Source of the DNA: an uncultured Actinomycetes bacterium
GTDB taxonomy: Bacteria > Actinomycetota > Actinomycetes > Actinomycetales > Microbacteriaceae
DNA length: 64,000 nt
Assembly: GCA_903920435.1 (NCBI GenBank)
Contig: CAIXMB010000038.1
Location: forward strand, 13,563-77,562
Reading direction: 5' to 3'
Made by a program: the position numbers and the translations under genes. This document shows positions 41,012 to 51,452 of this stretch, in pieces. The notes under the pieces were generated by a model that saw only the letters and a program-made list of their open reading frames with translations, was not told the DNA's origin and made no database searches. Numbering within the stretch: the stretch's first letter is position 1; every line of letters begins with the position of its first letter.

Positions 41012-44000
41012 GTGGCAGTCACCGGATTCGTGCGAGCGATCGCCCCCGCGCCGATCGTCGAGCTCGACGAATCGCAGCGCGCCGTGGTCGACCTGCCCGA
41101 TGCCGCGTCCGCGGCCGTGCTCGGTGCGCCCGGTACCGGCAAGACGACGACTCTCGTCGAGGTCATCGCCGACCGCGTGCTGGGTCGCGGCTGGGACCAG
41201 TCGGCCGTCCTCGCCCTCACCACCTCCCGTGCGACGGCCACGCGCCTGCGCGACGCGGTAGCCCTTCGGCTCGGGGTGCCCACCACGGGCCCGCTCGCGC
41301 GCACCGTCAACTCGCTCGCCTTCGAGGTGGTGCGCGACGCCGCCCGCCGCGCGGGCTCCGCCCCGCCCCGGCTCGTGACGGGTGGCGAGCAGGACTCCGA
41401 CCTGGCCCAGTTGCTCGAGGGCCATCTCGAGGAGGGCACGGGGCCCGCGTGGCCCGACTCACTCGGCCCGGAAGTGCGGGGGCTCCGCCGGTTCCGCAAC
41501 GAGCTGCGCGAGCTCATGATGCGCGCCACCGAGTACGACGTGCCGACCAGCCGCCTGCGCTCGCTGGGCCGCCCCGAGTGGGCGGCCGCCGCCGACTTCA
41601 TCGACGAGTACGTGCAGGTGGTCACCAACTACCGCGAGGGCCAGTTCGACGCCGCCGAACTCGCGCGAGTCGCCGTCGCCGCCATCGAGTCCACCGACCC
41701 GGGGGAGCGCGTCGCCGGCCTGCGCCTCGTCGTCGTCGACGACCTGCAGGAGGCCACCGAGTCGACCCTGTCGCTGCTGCGCGCGCTCGCGGCCCGCGGC
41801 ATCGCCATCATCGGGTTCGGTGACCCGGATGTCGCGGCGAACGCATTCCGCGGCGGCGAGCCCGACTCGCTCGGCAGGCTGGGTGCGGTGCTCGGGCACC
41901 CTGAACTGGCCACGCGCGTGCTCACCACGAGCTACCGGCAGGGTGCGGCGCTGCGCGCGCTCACGGCATCCGTCACGGCGCGTATCGGCGCGGCGGCCGC
42001 AGGCACGCAGCGTGCGGCGGTCTCCGGGGGTGTCGACGGCGAGATGCCCGTGGCGCGGATCGAGGCGTCGAGCCCCGCGCGCGAGTGGGCGACCATCGCG
42101 CGCGAGCTGCGCCGCGAGCACCTCGAGCACGACGTGCGGTGGAGCGACATGGTCGTCGTGGTGCGCAGTGGCGCGCAGATCTCGGTGATCGCGCGCTCGC
42201 TCGCCCTCGCCGAGGTGCCCACGCGCACCTCCATCGGCGGCACCGCCTTGCGCGACGACGCGGCGGCCCGCGGCCTGCTCACCCTCGTCGACGTGGGGAT
42301 CGGTCGCACCCCGCTCGATGCGCAGCGCGCCACCGAGCTTCTGCTGAGCCCGTTCGGCGGCCTCGACCGGCTCGCACTGCGCCGCCTCCGGCTCGCGCTG
42401 CGCGCCGAGGAGGTCGCGGGGGGCGGCACGCGCACGGCCGACGAGCTCGTGGTCGAGGCGCTCGCGGCGCCCGGCCGGTTTGTGACGATCGACCACCGCG
42501 TGGCCAGGCAGGCCGAGCGGCTCGCCGAGACGCTCGCGCTGCTCGGCGCGAGCGGCGGGTCGATCGAGGAGCTCCTGGGGCTCGGGTGGGAGCGCAGCGG
42601 GCTCGCGCGGTCGTGGAAGGAGCAGGCGCTCGGCGCCGGCATCACCGCCGCCGAGGCGAACCGCAACCTCGACGGCATCGTCGCGCTCTTCACCGCAGCC
42701 AAGCGCTTCGCCGAACTGCGGCCAGACGATGCGCCGAGCATCTTCCTCGAGAACGTGCTCGACGCCGACGTGCCGGAGGACACGCTCTCGCCCCAGCCGA
42801 ACGACGAGACGGTGCTCGTGACGACGCCGTCGGGAACCGTCGGGCTCGAGTTCGACACGGTCGTGGTGGCCGCCCTGCAGGACGGCGCGTGGCCCAACCT
42901 GCGTCTGCGCGGCTCGCTGCTGCACCCGCAGGAGCTGGTGCGCGCCGTCACGGGCGTCGACGCGACGAACCTCGACGAGCGGCGCCAGGTGCTCGGCGAC
43001 GAGCTGCGCATGTTCGCCCTCGCGATCTCCCGCGCGCGGCGCCGGCTCATCGTCGCCGCAGTAGTGAATGAGGACGAGGCGGCGAGCGTCTTCCTCGGCC
43101 TAGTGCCGGATGCACCGGTGCTCGACTCGACCGCGCAGTCGACACCCCTCTCCTTGCGGGCGCTCGTCGGCAGGCTTCGGTCGCAGGCCGCGGCCGGTTC
43201 GCCCTCGGCGCCCGCGAACCTCGCGGCCCTCGCCGCCGAGTCCATCCCCGGCGCAAGCCCGGACGACTGGCACGGCCTCCTCGCGCCCTCGACCACCGGC
43301 CCGCTCTACGAGGGCGAGAGCGTGCCCGTGTCACCCTCCGGCCTCGAGAAGCTCGTCGACAGCCCGCTCGACTGGTTCCTCGAGCGCATGGCCGGCTCCG
43401 ACTCCGGCGTCATCGCCAACGTCGGCACCATCGTGCACTGGGCGATGGAGACGGCGCCCGACTCCCGGCCCGAGACGCTCTGGGCCGCCGTCGAGTCGCG
43501 GTGGAGCGAGTTGCTCTTCGAGGCCCCGTGGCTCGCCGAGCGCCAGCGCGCGATCGCGCGGCGCTTCACCGACGCGCTCTCCGAGTACCTCGGCGAGTTC
43601 GAGAACGACGGCAAGCAGCTGGTCGGGTCGGAGATCAGATTCCAGCTCGAGGTCGACCGGGCCGTCGTGAGCGGGTCGATCGACCGTGTCGAGCGCGCGG
43701 CCGACGGCTCCATAGTCATCGTCGACCTGAAGACGGGCACGCCGATCACGAGCCAGGCGCGCATCGACGAGCATCCGCAGCTCGCCGCCTACCAACTCGC
43801 GTACGCCGAGGGCACGCTCGCCGAGCAACTCGGCTCCCTCGAGCACCACGGCGGCGGCGCCAAGCTCCTCTTCGTCAAAGAGGGGGTGCGGGGCAAGAAG
43901 TACCGCGAGGGCGTGCAGGGCCAGCTCGACGCCGAGCAGCTCGAGGAGTTCCGGGAGCGGGTGCGCGAGGCATCCGTGCTCATCGCGGCGGCGGAGTTCG

Positions 44001-44086
44001 CGGGGCGGGCCGAGCTGCCGATGTTCGGGGTCGGCGACCCGTCGCGGCTGCGGGCGCACCGGGTGAAAGCGGTCAGCAGTGATTAG
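41012..44086 (+). CDS. adnA: AdnA helicase-nuclease subunit
   Basis: GAPGTGKT, VVDDLQE, GDPD, RecB-type nuclease SGSIDRVE..VDLKTG..QLAAY; GTG with TACCGT 6 nt upstream. Confidence 0.92.
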   Translation: MAVTGFVRAIAPAPIVELDESQRAVVDLPDAASAAVLGAPGTGKTTTLVEVIADRVLGRGWDQSAVLALTTSRATATRLRDAVALRLGVPTTGPLARTVNSLAFEVVRDAARRAGSAPPRLVTGGEQDSDLAQLLEGHLEEGTGPAWPDSLGPEVRGLRRFRNELRELMMRATEYDVPTSRLRSLGRPEWAAAADFIDEYVQVVTNYREGQFDAAELARVAVAAIESTDPGERVAGLRLVVVDDLQEATESTLSLLRALAARGIAIIGFGDPDVAANAFRGGEPDSLGRLGAVLGHPELATRVLTTSYRQGAALRALTASVTARIGAAAAGTQRAAVSGGVDGEMPVARIEASSPAREWATIARELRREHLEHDVRWSDMVVVVRSGAQISVIARSLALAEVPTRTSIGGTALRDDAAARGLLTLVDVGIGRTPLDAQRATELLLSPFGGLDRLALRRLRLALRAEEVAGGGTRTADELVVEALAAPGRFVTIDHRVARQAERLAETLALLGASGGSIEELLGLGWERSGLARSWKEQALGAGITAAEANRNLDGIVALFTAAKRFAELRPDDAPSIFLENVLDADVPEDTLSPQPNDETVLVTTPSGTVGLEFDTVVVAALQDGAWPNLRLRGSLLHPQELVRAVTGVDATNLDERRQVLGDELRMFALAISRARRRLIVAAVVNEDEAASVFLGLVPDAPVLDSTAQSTPLSLRALVGRLRSQAAAGSPSAPANLAALAAESIPGASPDDWHGLLAPSTTGPLYEGESVPVSPSGLEKLVDSPLDWFLERMAGSDSGVIANVGTIVHWAMETAPDSRPETLWAAVESRWSELLFEAPWLAERQRAIARRFTDALSEYLGEFENDGKQLVGSEIRFQLEVDRAVVSGSIDRVERAADGSIVIVDLKTGTPITSQARIDEHPQLAAYQLAYAEGTLAEQLGSLEHHGGGAKLLFVKEGVRGKKYREGVQGQLDAEQLEEFRERVREASVLIAAAEFAGRAELPMFGVGDPSRLRAHRVKAVSSD

Positions 44087-47000
44087 CGCGTGGGACATCG
44101 CGGATGCGCTGAGCCGCCCGCGCCCCACCGACCAGCAGCGCGCCGTCATCGAGGCGCCGCTCGCACCCGCCCTCGTCGTCGCGGGAGCGGGCAGCGGCAA
44201 GACCGAGACGATGGCCAACCGCGTGCTCTGGCTGCTCGCCAACGAGCTCGTGCGGCCGAGCGAAGTGCTCGGGCTCACCTTCACGCGCAAGGCCGCGGGG
44301 GAGCTCGGCACCCGCATCCGGGAGCGCATCGCCCAGCTCGCCAATGTCGGGCTGCTCGGCGATGACTACGACCCGTTCGAGTCGCCGACCGTGCAGACGT
44401 ACAACTCGTACGCGAACGCGCTCTACCGCGACAACGCCGTGGTGCTGGGGCGCGAGAGCGACGGCGCCGTGCTGGGCGAGGCCGCATCGTGGCAGCTCGC
44501 GCGCACGACCGTCATGCGCAGCAGGGATGCCCGGCTCGCCGGCCTCACCAAGAACCTCGACCCCGTGACGAAGGCGGTGCTCGGGCTCTCTCGGGCCGTC
44601 GCCGAGAACGTCGTCGACCCCACCGAGGTGAAGGAGTTCGCCACGCGGTTCGCTTCGATCGCCGCGCTCGAGCCGGGCGGCCGCGGCGCGTACGCCGCTG
44701 TCGACGGGCTCGTCGAGAACATCACGGCCCTCGACACGCTGCTCGACGTCGCGGCCGAGTACGACGCCGCGAAGTACGCGCGCGGGCTCGTCGAGTACTC
44801 CGACCAGGTCGCGCTCGCGCTCGCGATCGTCGACCGGCGCCCGGAGGTCGCCGAGCAGGAGCGCGAGAGGTTCCGCGTCGTGCTGCTCGACGAGTACCAG
44901 GACACGTCGGTGACGCAGACCCGGCTGCTCGCGCGGCTGTTCGCCGGGCATCCGGTCATGGCCGTCGGCGACCCGAACCAGTCGATCTACGGCTGGCGCG
45001 GGGCGAGCGCGTCGAACCTGGACGAGTTCCCGGCGGCGTTCGGCGCGCGGGAGCGGTTCGCGCTGTCGACCAGCTGGCGCAACGGCACCGTGATCCTCGA
45101 GGCGGCCAACGCCCTCGTCGAGCCGCTGGGCGCGACGGTTGAGCGGCTCGAGCCCGGGCCCGCTGCCAGCTCGCTCGCCGTCGACGTGCGCTTCGAGGAG
45201 AGCGTGATCGAGGAGGCGCGCGCCGCCGCGGAGTGGCTCGCCGCCCGGATGTCGAAGAAACCGTCGGCCGCGATGCTGTTCCGCACGCGCAAGATGCAGG
45301 GGTTCTTCCTCGAGGCGCTGCGCGAACGGGGCATCCCGTTCCACGTGCTGGGACTCGGCGGCCTGCTGGCAGAGCCCGAGATCGCCGACCTCGTCGCCGC
45401 CCTCACAGTCGTGCACGACCCGGCCGCGGGCCTCGAGCTCATCCGCCTCCTCGCGGGCTCGCGCTGGCGGCTCGGGGTGCAGGACATCCACGCGCTCAAC
45501 CGCCTCGCCTCGACCCTGCGCGACCGGGACTATGCGCAGCAGCCCTACGACGACGACCTCAAGCAGAAGCTGCGCACTTCGGTGGCAGAGGGGGAGGGCG
45601 GCTCGATCGTCGACGCCCTCGACTTCATCGGCACCGCCCGCGAGGGGCACTCGTTCCTCGCCGCGTTCAGCGAGACCGGCCTCGCCCGGCTGCGCGAGGC
45701 GGCACGCCTGTTCGCGCGGCTGCGCTCGCGCACGGGCCTCGACCTGCCCGACTTCGTCGCGTTCGTGCTGCAGGAGCTGCAGCTCGACATCGAGGTCGCC
45801 GCCAACGACTACCGCGCGCTCGGCACCGCGACCATCGAGGCCTTCTACGACGCGCTCGACGGATACCTCGCCCTCGCCGATGTCGCAACACTCGGCGGCT
45901 TCCTCTCCTGGCTCCGCGAGGCGGAGTTGCGCGAAGACCTGTCGCCCCGCCCCGAAGACCCGGTGCCCGGAACCGTGCAGGTGCTCACCATCCACGGCGC
46001 GAAGGGCCTCGAGTGGGATCTCGTCGTCGTGCCGCGCTTCGTCGACGACGAGCTGCCCGGCAAGCCGGTCGAGGGCGGCTACCAGGGCTGGCTGGGCTTC
46101 GGGCAACTGCCGTGGCAGTTCCGCGGCGACGCCTCGGAGCTGCCCGTCTTCGGCTGGCAGCAGTGCACCACGCGCAAGGAGGTCGCCGACGAGCTCGCCG
46201 CCTTCAAGGAGCGGGTGCGGCACCACCTCGACCGGGAGGAGCGGCGCCTCGCCTACGTCGCCGTCACCCGCGCCCGGCACGCGCTGCTGCTCACCGGGTC
46301 GTTCTGGGCCACGCAGGCGAACGCGCGCCAGCCCAGCCCATTCCTGCTGGAGCTCGAGGCGGCGGGCATCGTGGCCCCGCTGCCGACCGCCCCGGCGAGC
46401 GACGAGAACCCGCTCGGCGACTCGTACGAGACGATTCTCTGGCCGTTCGACCCGCTCGGCCGTCGCCGGGCGGCCGTCGAGGCCGCGGCGGAGGCGGTGC
46501 GGGGCGCCACCGCGTCGCTCGAGGGGCCGTGGCGGCGGGAGCTCGAACTGCTCCTCGAGGAGCGCAGGCGCCGCCTCGGCGCCGACGGGCTCGTCACGAT
46601 GCCGGTGCGCGTGCCCGCGTCACGGTTCAAGGACTACGTGAGCGACCCGGCATCCGTGGCCTCGGGCCTGCGGCGGCCCATGCCGGAGCGCCCCTACCGC
46701 GCCACCCAGCTCGGCACCCTGTTCCACTCGTGGGTGGAGAACCGGTACGGCGTGGGCGGTGACTCCGAGGAGCTCGATGCGCTCGTCACCGAGCTCGACG
46801 CGGAGGACGCCGTGCCCGACGCCGACCTCGCCCGACTGAAGGCGATCTTCGAGGCGAGCCCGTGGGCGGCGCGGCAGGCGGTGGATGTGGAGCGCGAGAT
46901 CCACCTGCCGTTCGGCGGCCGCATCGTCATCTGCAAGATCGACGCCGTGTACGACCAGCCCGACGGCAGGTTCGAGATCGTCGACTGGAAGACCGGCAAG

Positions 47001-47201
47001 GCGCCGAAGGACGCGCAGGACCTCGAGGACAAGCAGCTGCAGCTCGCCCTCTACCGGCTCGCCTACGCGACCTGGCGCGGCATCGACCCCGACCTCGTCG
47101 ACGCCGTGTTCTACTACGTGTCGGACGACCGGATCATCCGACCGGAGCACATCTACAGCGAGGCCGAGCTGCTCGCCCGGTGGGAGAAGGCGTTCGGCTA
47201 G
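44079..47201 (+). CDS. adnB: AdnB helicase-nuclease motor subunit
   Basis: AGAGSGKT, LDEYQDT, VGDPNQSIY, TIHGAKGLEWD, YVAVTRA; KIDAV..VDWKTG..QLALY. Confidence 0.94.
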   Translation: MISAWDIADALSRPRPTDQQRAVIEAPLAPALVVAGAGSGKTETMANRVLWLLANELVRPSEVLGLTFTRKAAGELGTRIRERIAQLANVGLLGDDYDPFESPTVQTYNSYANALYRDNAVVLGRESDGAVLGEAASWQLARTTVMRSRDARLAGLTKNLDPVTKAVLGLSRAVAENVVDPTEVKEFATRFASIAALEPGGRGAYAAVDGLVENITALDTLLDVAAEYDAAKYARGLVEYSDQVALALAIVDRRPEVAEQERERFRVVLLDEYQDTSVTQTRLLARLFAGHPVMAVGDPNQSIYGWRGASASNLDEFPAAFGARERFALSTSWRNGTVILEAANALVEPLGATVERLEPGPAASSLAVDVRFEESVIEEARAAAEWLAARMSKKPSAAMLFRTRKMQGFFLEALRERGIPFHVLGLGGLLAEPEIADLVAALTVVHDPAAGLELIRLLAGSRWRLGVQDIHALNRLASTLRDRDYAQQPYDDDLKQKLRTSVAEGEGGSIVDALDFIGTAREGHSFLAAFSETGLARLREAARLFARLRSRTGLDLPDFVAFVLQELQLDIEVAANDYRALGTATIEAFYDALDGYLALADVATLGGFLSWLREAELREDLSPRPEDPVPGTVQVLTIHGAKGLEWDLVVVPRFVDDELPGKPVEGGYQGWLGFGQLPWQFRGDASELPVFGWQQCTTRKEVADELAAFKERVRHHLDREERRLAYVAVTRARHALLLTGSFWATQANARQPSPFLLELEAAGIVAPLPTAPASDENPLGDSYETILWPFDPLGRRRAAVEAAAEAVRGATASLEGPWRRELELLLEERRRRLGADGLVTMPVRVPASRFKDYVSDPASVASGLRRPMPERPYRATQLGTLFHSWVENRYGVGGDSEELDALVTELDAEDAVPDADLARLKAIFEASPWAARQAVDVEREIHLPFGGRIVICKIDAVYDQPDGRFEIVDWKTGKAPKDAQDLEDKQLQLALYRLAYATWRGIDPDLVDAVFYYVSDDRIIRPEHIYSEAELLARWEKAFG

Positions 47202-48062
47202 CTACTGAACGGGCCGGCTCAGGATCGCCTTCGTGAGCGCTTCGACGGGCTCGCGAGCGCCGGCCCGGCTGCTCACCAGGGTGAAGTCGACCTCGCCGAG
47301 CTCGGGAAGCCCCAGCGACGCCGAGACCTGGGTGAGGTCGGCCGGGATGAGCGACTGCGCGAGCACGGCCACGCCGATGCCCGCGCGGGCGGCGGCGAGC
47401 ACTCCGTTGACCTCGCGCACGTTGCAGGTGATACGCCACGTGCGTCCCGCGGCCTCGAGCGAGCGGATCGCGTTGACACGGCTGATCGCGGGCTCCGGGT
47501 AGGCGATCAGGGGCACGGGCTGATCGGGGTCGAGCGTGAGCCCGCGGTGGCCGACCCAGACGAGGCGGTCGCGGCGCACGAGGCGGCCCTCATCCCACCC
47601 CGGGTCCTGTTTGATGAAGACGAGGTCGAGGTGGCCCGAGTGCAGCCGGCGGAGCAGGGCAGGGCTCTGGCTCACGGTGAGCTCGAGATTGACCTGGGGG
47701 TAGACCTGCCGGAAGTCGCGCAGGATGCCGGGCAGCTGGGTGAGCGCGAGGTCGTCGGCAGACCCGAACCGCAGCCGGCCGCGCATCGCCGAGCCCGTGA
47801 AGTAGTCGACTGCCTGGTCTTGCGCCGCGAGGATCGAGCGCGCGAACCCGAGCATCGCCTGCCCGTTGTCGCTCAGCGAGACGGTGCGGGTGTCACGCAG
47901 CACGAGGTTGCGCTTGGCGGAATCCTCGAGCTTGCGGATGTGCTGGCTCACGGTCGGCTGGCTCAGCCCGAGCTGCTCGGCGGCGTGCGTGAAGCTCAGG
48001 GTGTCGGCGACGGCAACGAAGGTGCGCAGCAGCACGGGGTCGAACACGGCGTTGCCTCTCAT
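47202..48062 (-). CDS. LysR family regulator
   Basis: FDPVLLRTF...SFTHAAEQLGLSQPTVSQHIRKLE; start may be GTG 48047. Confidence 0.95.
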   Translation of the reverse strand: MRGNAVFDPVLLRTFVAVADTLSFTHAAEQLGLSQPTVSQHIRKLEDSAKRNLVLRDTRTVSLSDNGQAMLGFARSILAAQDQAVDYFTGSAMRGRLRFGSADDLALTQLPGILRDFRQVYPQVNLELTVSQSPALLRRLHSGHLDLVFIKQDPGWDEGRLVRRDRLVWVGHRGLTLDPDQPVPLIAYPEPAISRVNAIRSLEAAGRTWRITCNVREVNGVLAAARAGIGVAVLAQSLIPADLTQVSASLGLPELGEVDFTLVSSRAGAREPVEALTKAILSRPVQ

Positions 48063-48132
48063 TACGAAACGTGATGAGCTTTATAGCTCCGATTCGTCCA
48101 TGATATGACCGTGACCGGCCTACGGTTGAGGG

Positions 48133-49458
48133 GTGGCAGTCACTCCGGAGCAAGCACCGGCGACAGTCCCCATCGCGATAGCCATGCAGCGTCCGGCCTG
48201 GCGCGACACCTTCGGTGCGCTCCGGATGCACAACTACCGCCTGTACGTCGCTGCCCAGTTCATCTCCAACACGGCCGGCTGGTCGCAGCGCATCGCCGTG
48301 GACTGGCTCGTGCTCGAGATCACCGGCAGCGTCACGCTCGTGGGCCTCACCATCGCGCTCCAATTCCTGCCGACGCTCCTGTTCGGCGCGTGGGCGGGTG
48401 TCGTGGCCGACCGGTTCCCGAAGCGCGCGGTGCTGCTGCTGTGCCAGTCGGTGGTGGGCGTGCTCAGCGCTGTTCTCGCGGTGCTCGCGATCACGGGCAA
48501 CGCGCACCTCTGGCTCGTGTACACGCTCGTGCTCGCGATCGGCACCGTGCAGGTCTTCGACGGGCCCGCGCGCTCGGTATTCGTCAATGAGCTCGTCGGG
48601 CCGCGCCACCTGCGCAACGCGATCAGCGTCAACGCGTCGATCTTCCACCTCGGCGCCCTCATCGGCCCCGCGATCAGCGGTGTGCTCATCGTGGCCGTCG
48701 GGTCGGGCTGGGCAATCGCCGGCAACGTCGTCGCGGTCATCGTGGGTGTGGTCGCGCTGCTGGCCATGCGCGGCCACGAGATGCTCGTCGCACCGCGTGC
48801 CCCGAGTGCGAAGGGGCAGATCCGCGAGGCCGCGCGCTACATCCTCGCCAAGCCGAGCCTCTTCTGGACCATGGTGATGGTCGGCTTCGTCGCGGTGTTC
48901 GGGATGCCCATGCCCGCCCTCCTCGCCGGCATGGCCGACACCGTGTACCTCACCGGTGCGCAGGGCTACGGGCTCTACAACTCGCTCGCCGCCGTCGGCG
49001 CCCTCACGGGAGCGCTGCTCTCCACGCGCCGCGCGAGCTTGCGCCTGCGCACGATCATCATCGGCGCCGTCGTGTACGGGCTGCTGCTCATGTCGACGGG
49101 CCTCGCGCCGTTCTACCTCGTCTTCCTCGCGCTGCTGCCCACGATCGGGCTCTCGCGACTGCTCTACATGACCGCGAGCGAGACGATGGTGCAGCTCTCC
49201 TCCAATCTCGCGATCCGAGGGCGCATCATGGCGTTCTGGGTGATGGTCGTGGTGGGCGGTCAGGCGCTGGGCGGCCCGCTGATGGGCTGGCTCGCCGAGG
49301 TGCTCGGGCCGAAGACGGCGATGGTCATCTCCGGCGCGGTGCCCGCGGCGGCCGCGATCGTCATCGCTCTCGTGCTCGCGCGCAGCGGTCGGCTGCGTGT
49401 GACGGTCACGGCCCGCCGCGGCCGGTGGGTCGCGATCGTGCCGAAGGTGGCCTCGTAG
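48133..49458 (+). CDS. MFS efflux-type transporter (MFS_3-like)
   Basis: HNYRLY, GWSQRIAVDWLVL, GVVADRFPKR, RNAISVN, RGRIMA; divergent from LysR. Confidence 0.9.
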   Translation: MAVTPEQAPATVPIAIAMQRPAWRDTFGALRMHNYRLYVAAQFISNTAGWSQRIAVDWLVLEITGSVTLVGLTIALQFLPTLLFGAWAGVVADRFPKRAVLLLCQSVVGVLSAVLAVLAITGNAHLWLVYTLVLAIGTVQVFDGPARSVFVNELVGPRHLRNAISVNASIFHLGALIGPAISGVLIVAVGSGWAIAGNVVAVIVGVVALLAMRGHEMLVAPRAPSAKGQIREAARYILAKPSLFWTMVMVGFVAVFGMPMPALLAGMADTVYLTGAQGYGLYNSLAAVGALTGALLSTRRASLRLRTIIIGAVVYGLLLMSTGLAPFYLVFLALLPTIGLSRLLYMTASETMVQLSSNLAIRGRIMAFWVMVVVGGQALGGPLMGWLAEVLGPKTAMVISGAVPAAAAIVIALVLARSGRLRVTVTARRGRWVAIVPKVAS

Positions 49459-50454
49459 CTAGACGGCCTTCTCGGCGCGGGCGAGGAACGCCTCGACCTC
49501 GTCGACGGCCATCGTCGGCATCGTCTGGGCGCCGATGGGGTTCATCACGTCGTTGTGAACGCTGTCGGCGAGGGCCGTGAGCATGCCCACGGCGTCGTCC
49601 ACGATCTCGGTGCTGCGCTGCTCCGTGCCGTGCAGCAGCCACTTGGCCACCTCGAGCTCGGCGTAGAACATGGCGCGCTGCTTGACCTGGCGGTCGCCCG
49701 CGCCGCGCACCCGCGCGTACGCGTCGAACGCGGTCTCGGCGACGGGGGAGTTGGCGAGCAGCCACTGCAGGTCGCGTGCGGGGTCGGAGACGCGCAGGTC
49801 CTGCCAGCCGAGCACGCCGGTGACGACGCCGTCCGCGCTCAGGAACGAGTCGGCGGTGAGCGAACCGTTGGTGACCGTGGGCTGGAACTGCCATAGCTTC
49901 GCGTCCTCGGCGGCGCGCTCCCACCGGCCGAGCAGCGCGGCAGGCACGAGGCCGGTCGCCGACGCGCGGTCGAGCACGGTGACGCTCGCACGCAGGCACT
50001 CGCCCGCGGTCATGACGGGAAGACCGGCATCCGCCACGAAGCTCGTCGGCAGCGAGTGGATGGCGGCAATAGCGGTGCCCACGGATGCCGCGAGCGAGCC
50101 CTCGCCGTAGCTGAACGCGTGCAGCTGCACCTTGGTGCCGTAGACGAACTCGTAGACGATGGCGCGCGTCGAGTCGATGGGCACCTGGCCCGCGAACGTC
50201 GAGACGGCGAACGGAAGGCGGGTGCGCACTCCGGCGCTGAGCGAGCGGAGCGCGACGAGGTCTGCCGACTGCTCCGCCTCGGCGCGGGCGTTGCGCGGCG
50301 CGCGGATGATCCAGTGGCGACCGTCGCGCCCGGTGAGGATGGCGGCGTCGAAATCGCTGCCCTGGCTCGCGCCGAACGAGGAGGCGGCAGCGACCTCGAG
50401 GCCGGGAACTGCCGAGGTCGCGAGCGCGGCTAGAGTGAGATGGGATCTGGCCAT
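49459..50454 (-). CDS. APH/macrolide-phosphotransferase-fold protein with degenerate catalytic motifs
   Basis: WIIRAPR, AIAAIH, PTVTNGSL in place of HGDL, LGWQDLRVSDPARDL; TACCCT 6 nt upstream. Confidence 0.82.
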   Translation of the reverse strand: MARSHLTLAALATSAVPGLEVAAASSFGASQGSDFDAAILTGRDGRHWIIRAPRNARAEAEQSADLVALRSLSAGVRTRLPFAVSTFAGQVPIDSTRAIVYEFVYGTKVQLHAFSYGEGSLAASVGTAIAAIHSLPTSFVADAGLPVMTAGECLRASVTVLDRASATGLVPAALLGRWERAAEDAKLWQFQPTVTNGSLTADSFLSADGVVTGVLGWQDLRVSDPARDLQWLLANSPVAETAFDAYARVRGAGDRQVKQRAMFYAELEVAKWLLHGTEQRSTEIVDDAVGMLTALADSVHNDVMNPIGAQTMPTMAVDEVEAFLARAEKAV

Positions 50455-50522
50455 ACCCACAGGGTAGGTCGCCCACCCCACGCATCCGCTTCACGCCACG
50501 CACTTCCGACGGGGTCCCAGTC

Positions 50523-51452
50523 ATGCCCAATTCCTTCCTCTCGCGGCTCCCGCTCTCCCGATTCGAGATCGACCGCGACAATCTGGCGCGCGAGCGCGAG
50601 GGGCTCTTCGAGGAGTTGTGGGCCGACCCGGCCACGCGCATCCTGCCGATCTTCCAGGGCAGTGCCCTGCTCTCGTCGCCCACGTCGCTCGCTCTGCTGC
50701 CCGTCGACGCCGTGCCCGACGCGGAGTTGCGCGTCTACCTGGGCCGCTCGACGTCGACGACGAGCCCCGAGCCCGCGGGCACGCCGATCGTCGCGGCGCT
50801 GCTGGAGGACGCGGGGCACCTCGCGGAATCCGACTGGGCGAACCTGCGCGCGGTGGGCAGCCAGTTGAGTGACCGGGACGCGGGCATCTTCACGGAGGCC
50901 CTCGGAATTCTCAACTGGCACGCCTCGCACCGCTTCTCCCCGCGCACCGGCGAGCCCACGGTCGCGGAGAAGGGCGGCTGGGTGCGCCGCGACCCCGTGT
51001 CGAACACGGAGGTCTTCCCGCGCACGGATGCCGCGATCATCGTCGGCATCACGGACGCCGACGATCGCATCCTCCTCGGTTCGAACGCCCTGTGGGAGAG
51101 CAACCGGTACTCGCTCCTGGCCGGGTTCGTGGAGCCGGGGGAGTCCCTCGAGTCCGCCGTCATCCGCGAGGTGTTCGAGGAGTCGGGCATCCGCGTCGTC
51201 GACCCCGTGTACCTCGGCAGCCAGCCGTGGCCCTTCCCCGCCTCCCTCATGCTCGGCTTCCTCGCGAAGGTCGATCCCGCGCACGGCACCGAGACGACGC
51301 CCGATGGCGCCGAGATCCTCGACCTGCGGTGGTTCACCCGCGACGAGCTCGCCGCTGCGCTCACCGAGATCAAACTGCCCGGCCCGACGTCCATCGCCCG
51401 CGCGATCCTCGAGGAGTGGTTCGGCGGGCACATCGACGACGGGCAGCGGTGA
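50523..51452 (+). CDS. nudC: NAD(+) diphosphatase / NADH pyrophosphatase
   Basis: FPRTD, Nudix box AGFVEPGESLESAVIREVFEESGI, SQPWPFP. Confidence 0.95.
   Translation: MPNSFLSRLPLSRFEIDRDNLAREREGLFEELWADPATRILPIFQGSALLSSPTSLALLPVDAVPDAELRVYLGRSTSTTSPEPAGTPIVAALLEDAGHLAESDWANLRAVGSQLSDRDAGIFTEALGILNWHASHRFSPRTGEPTVAEKGGWVRRDPVSNTEVFPRTDAAIIVGITDADDRILLGSNALWESNRYSLLAGFVEPGESLESAVIREVFEESGIRVVDPVYLGSQPWPFPASLMLGFLAKVDPAHGTETTPDGAEILDLRWFTRDELAAALTEIKLPGPTSIARAILEEWFGGHIDDGQR

Noticed and set aside
48076-48089. GAGCT-TTAT-AGCTC palindrome in the LysR-MFS spacer
   Set aside because: Too short to call an operator from sequence alone
49459-50454. Macrolide/aminoglycoside resistance gene
   Set aside because: Catalytic HGD and metal-binding Asp are missing; sits in a core DNA-repair locus
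50905-51030. NudC zinc-ribbon Cys replaced (HRFSPRTG...RRDPVSN)
   Set aside because: Real observation, but I recall Cys-less ribbons in other actinobacterial NudC proteins, so probably not novel (unverified)
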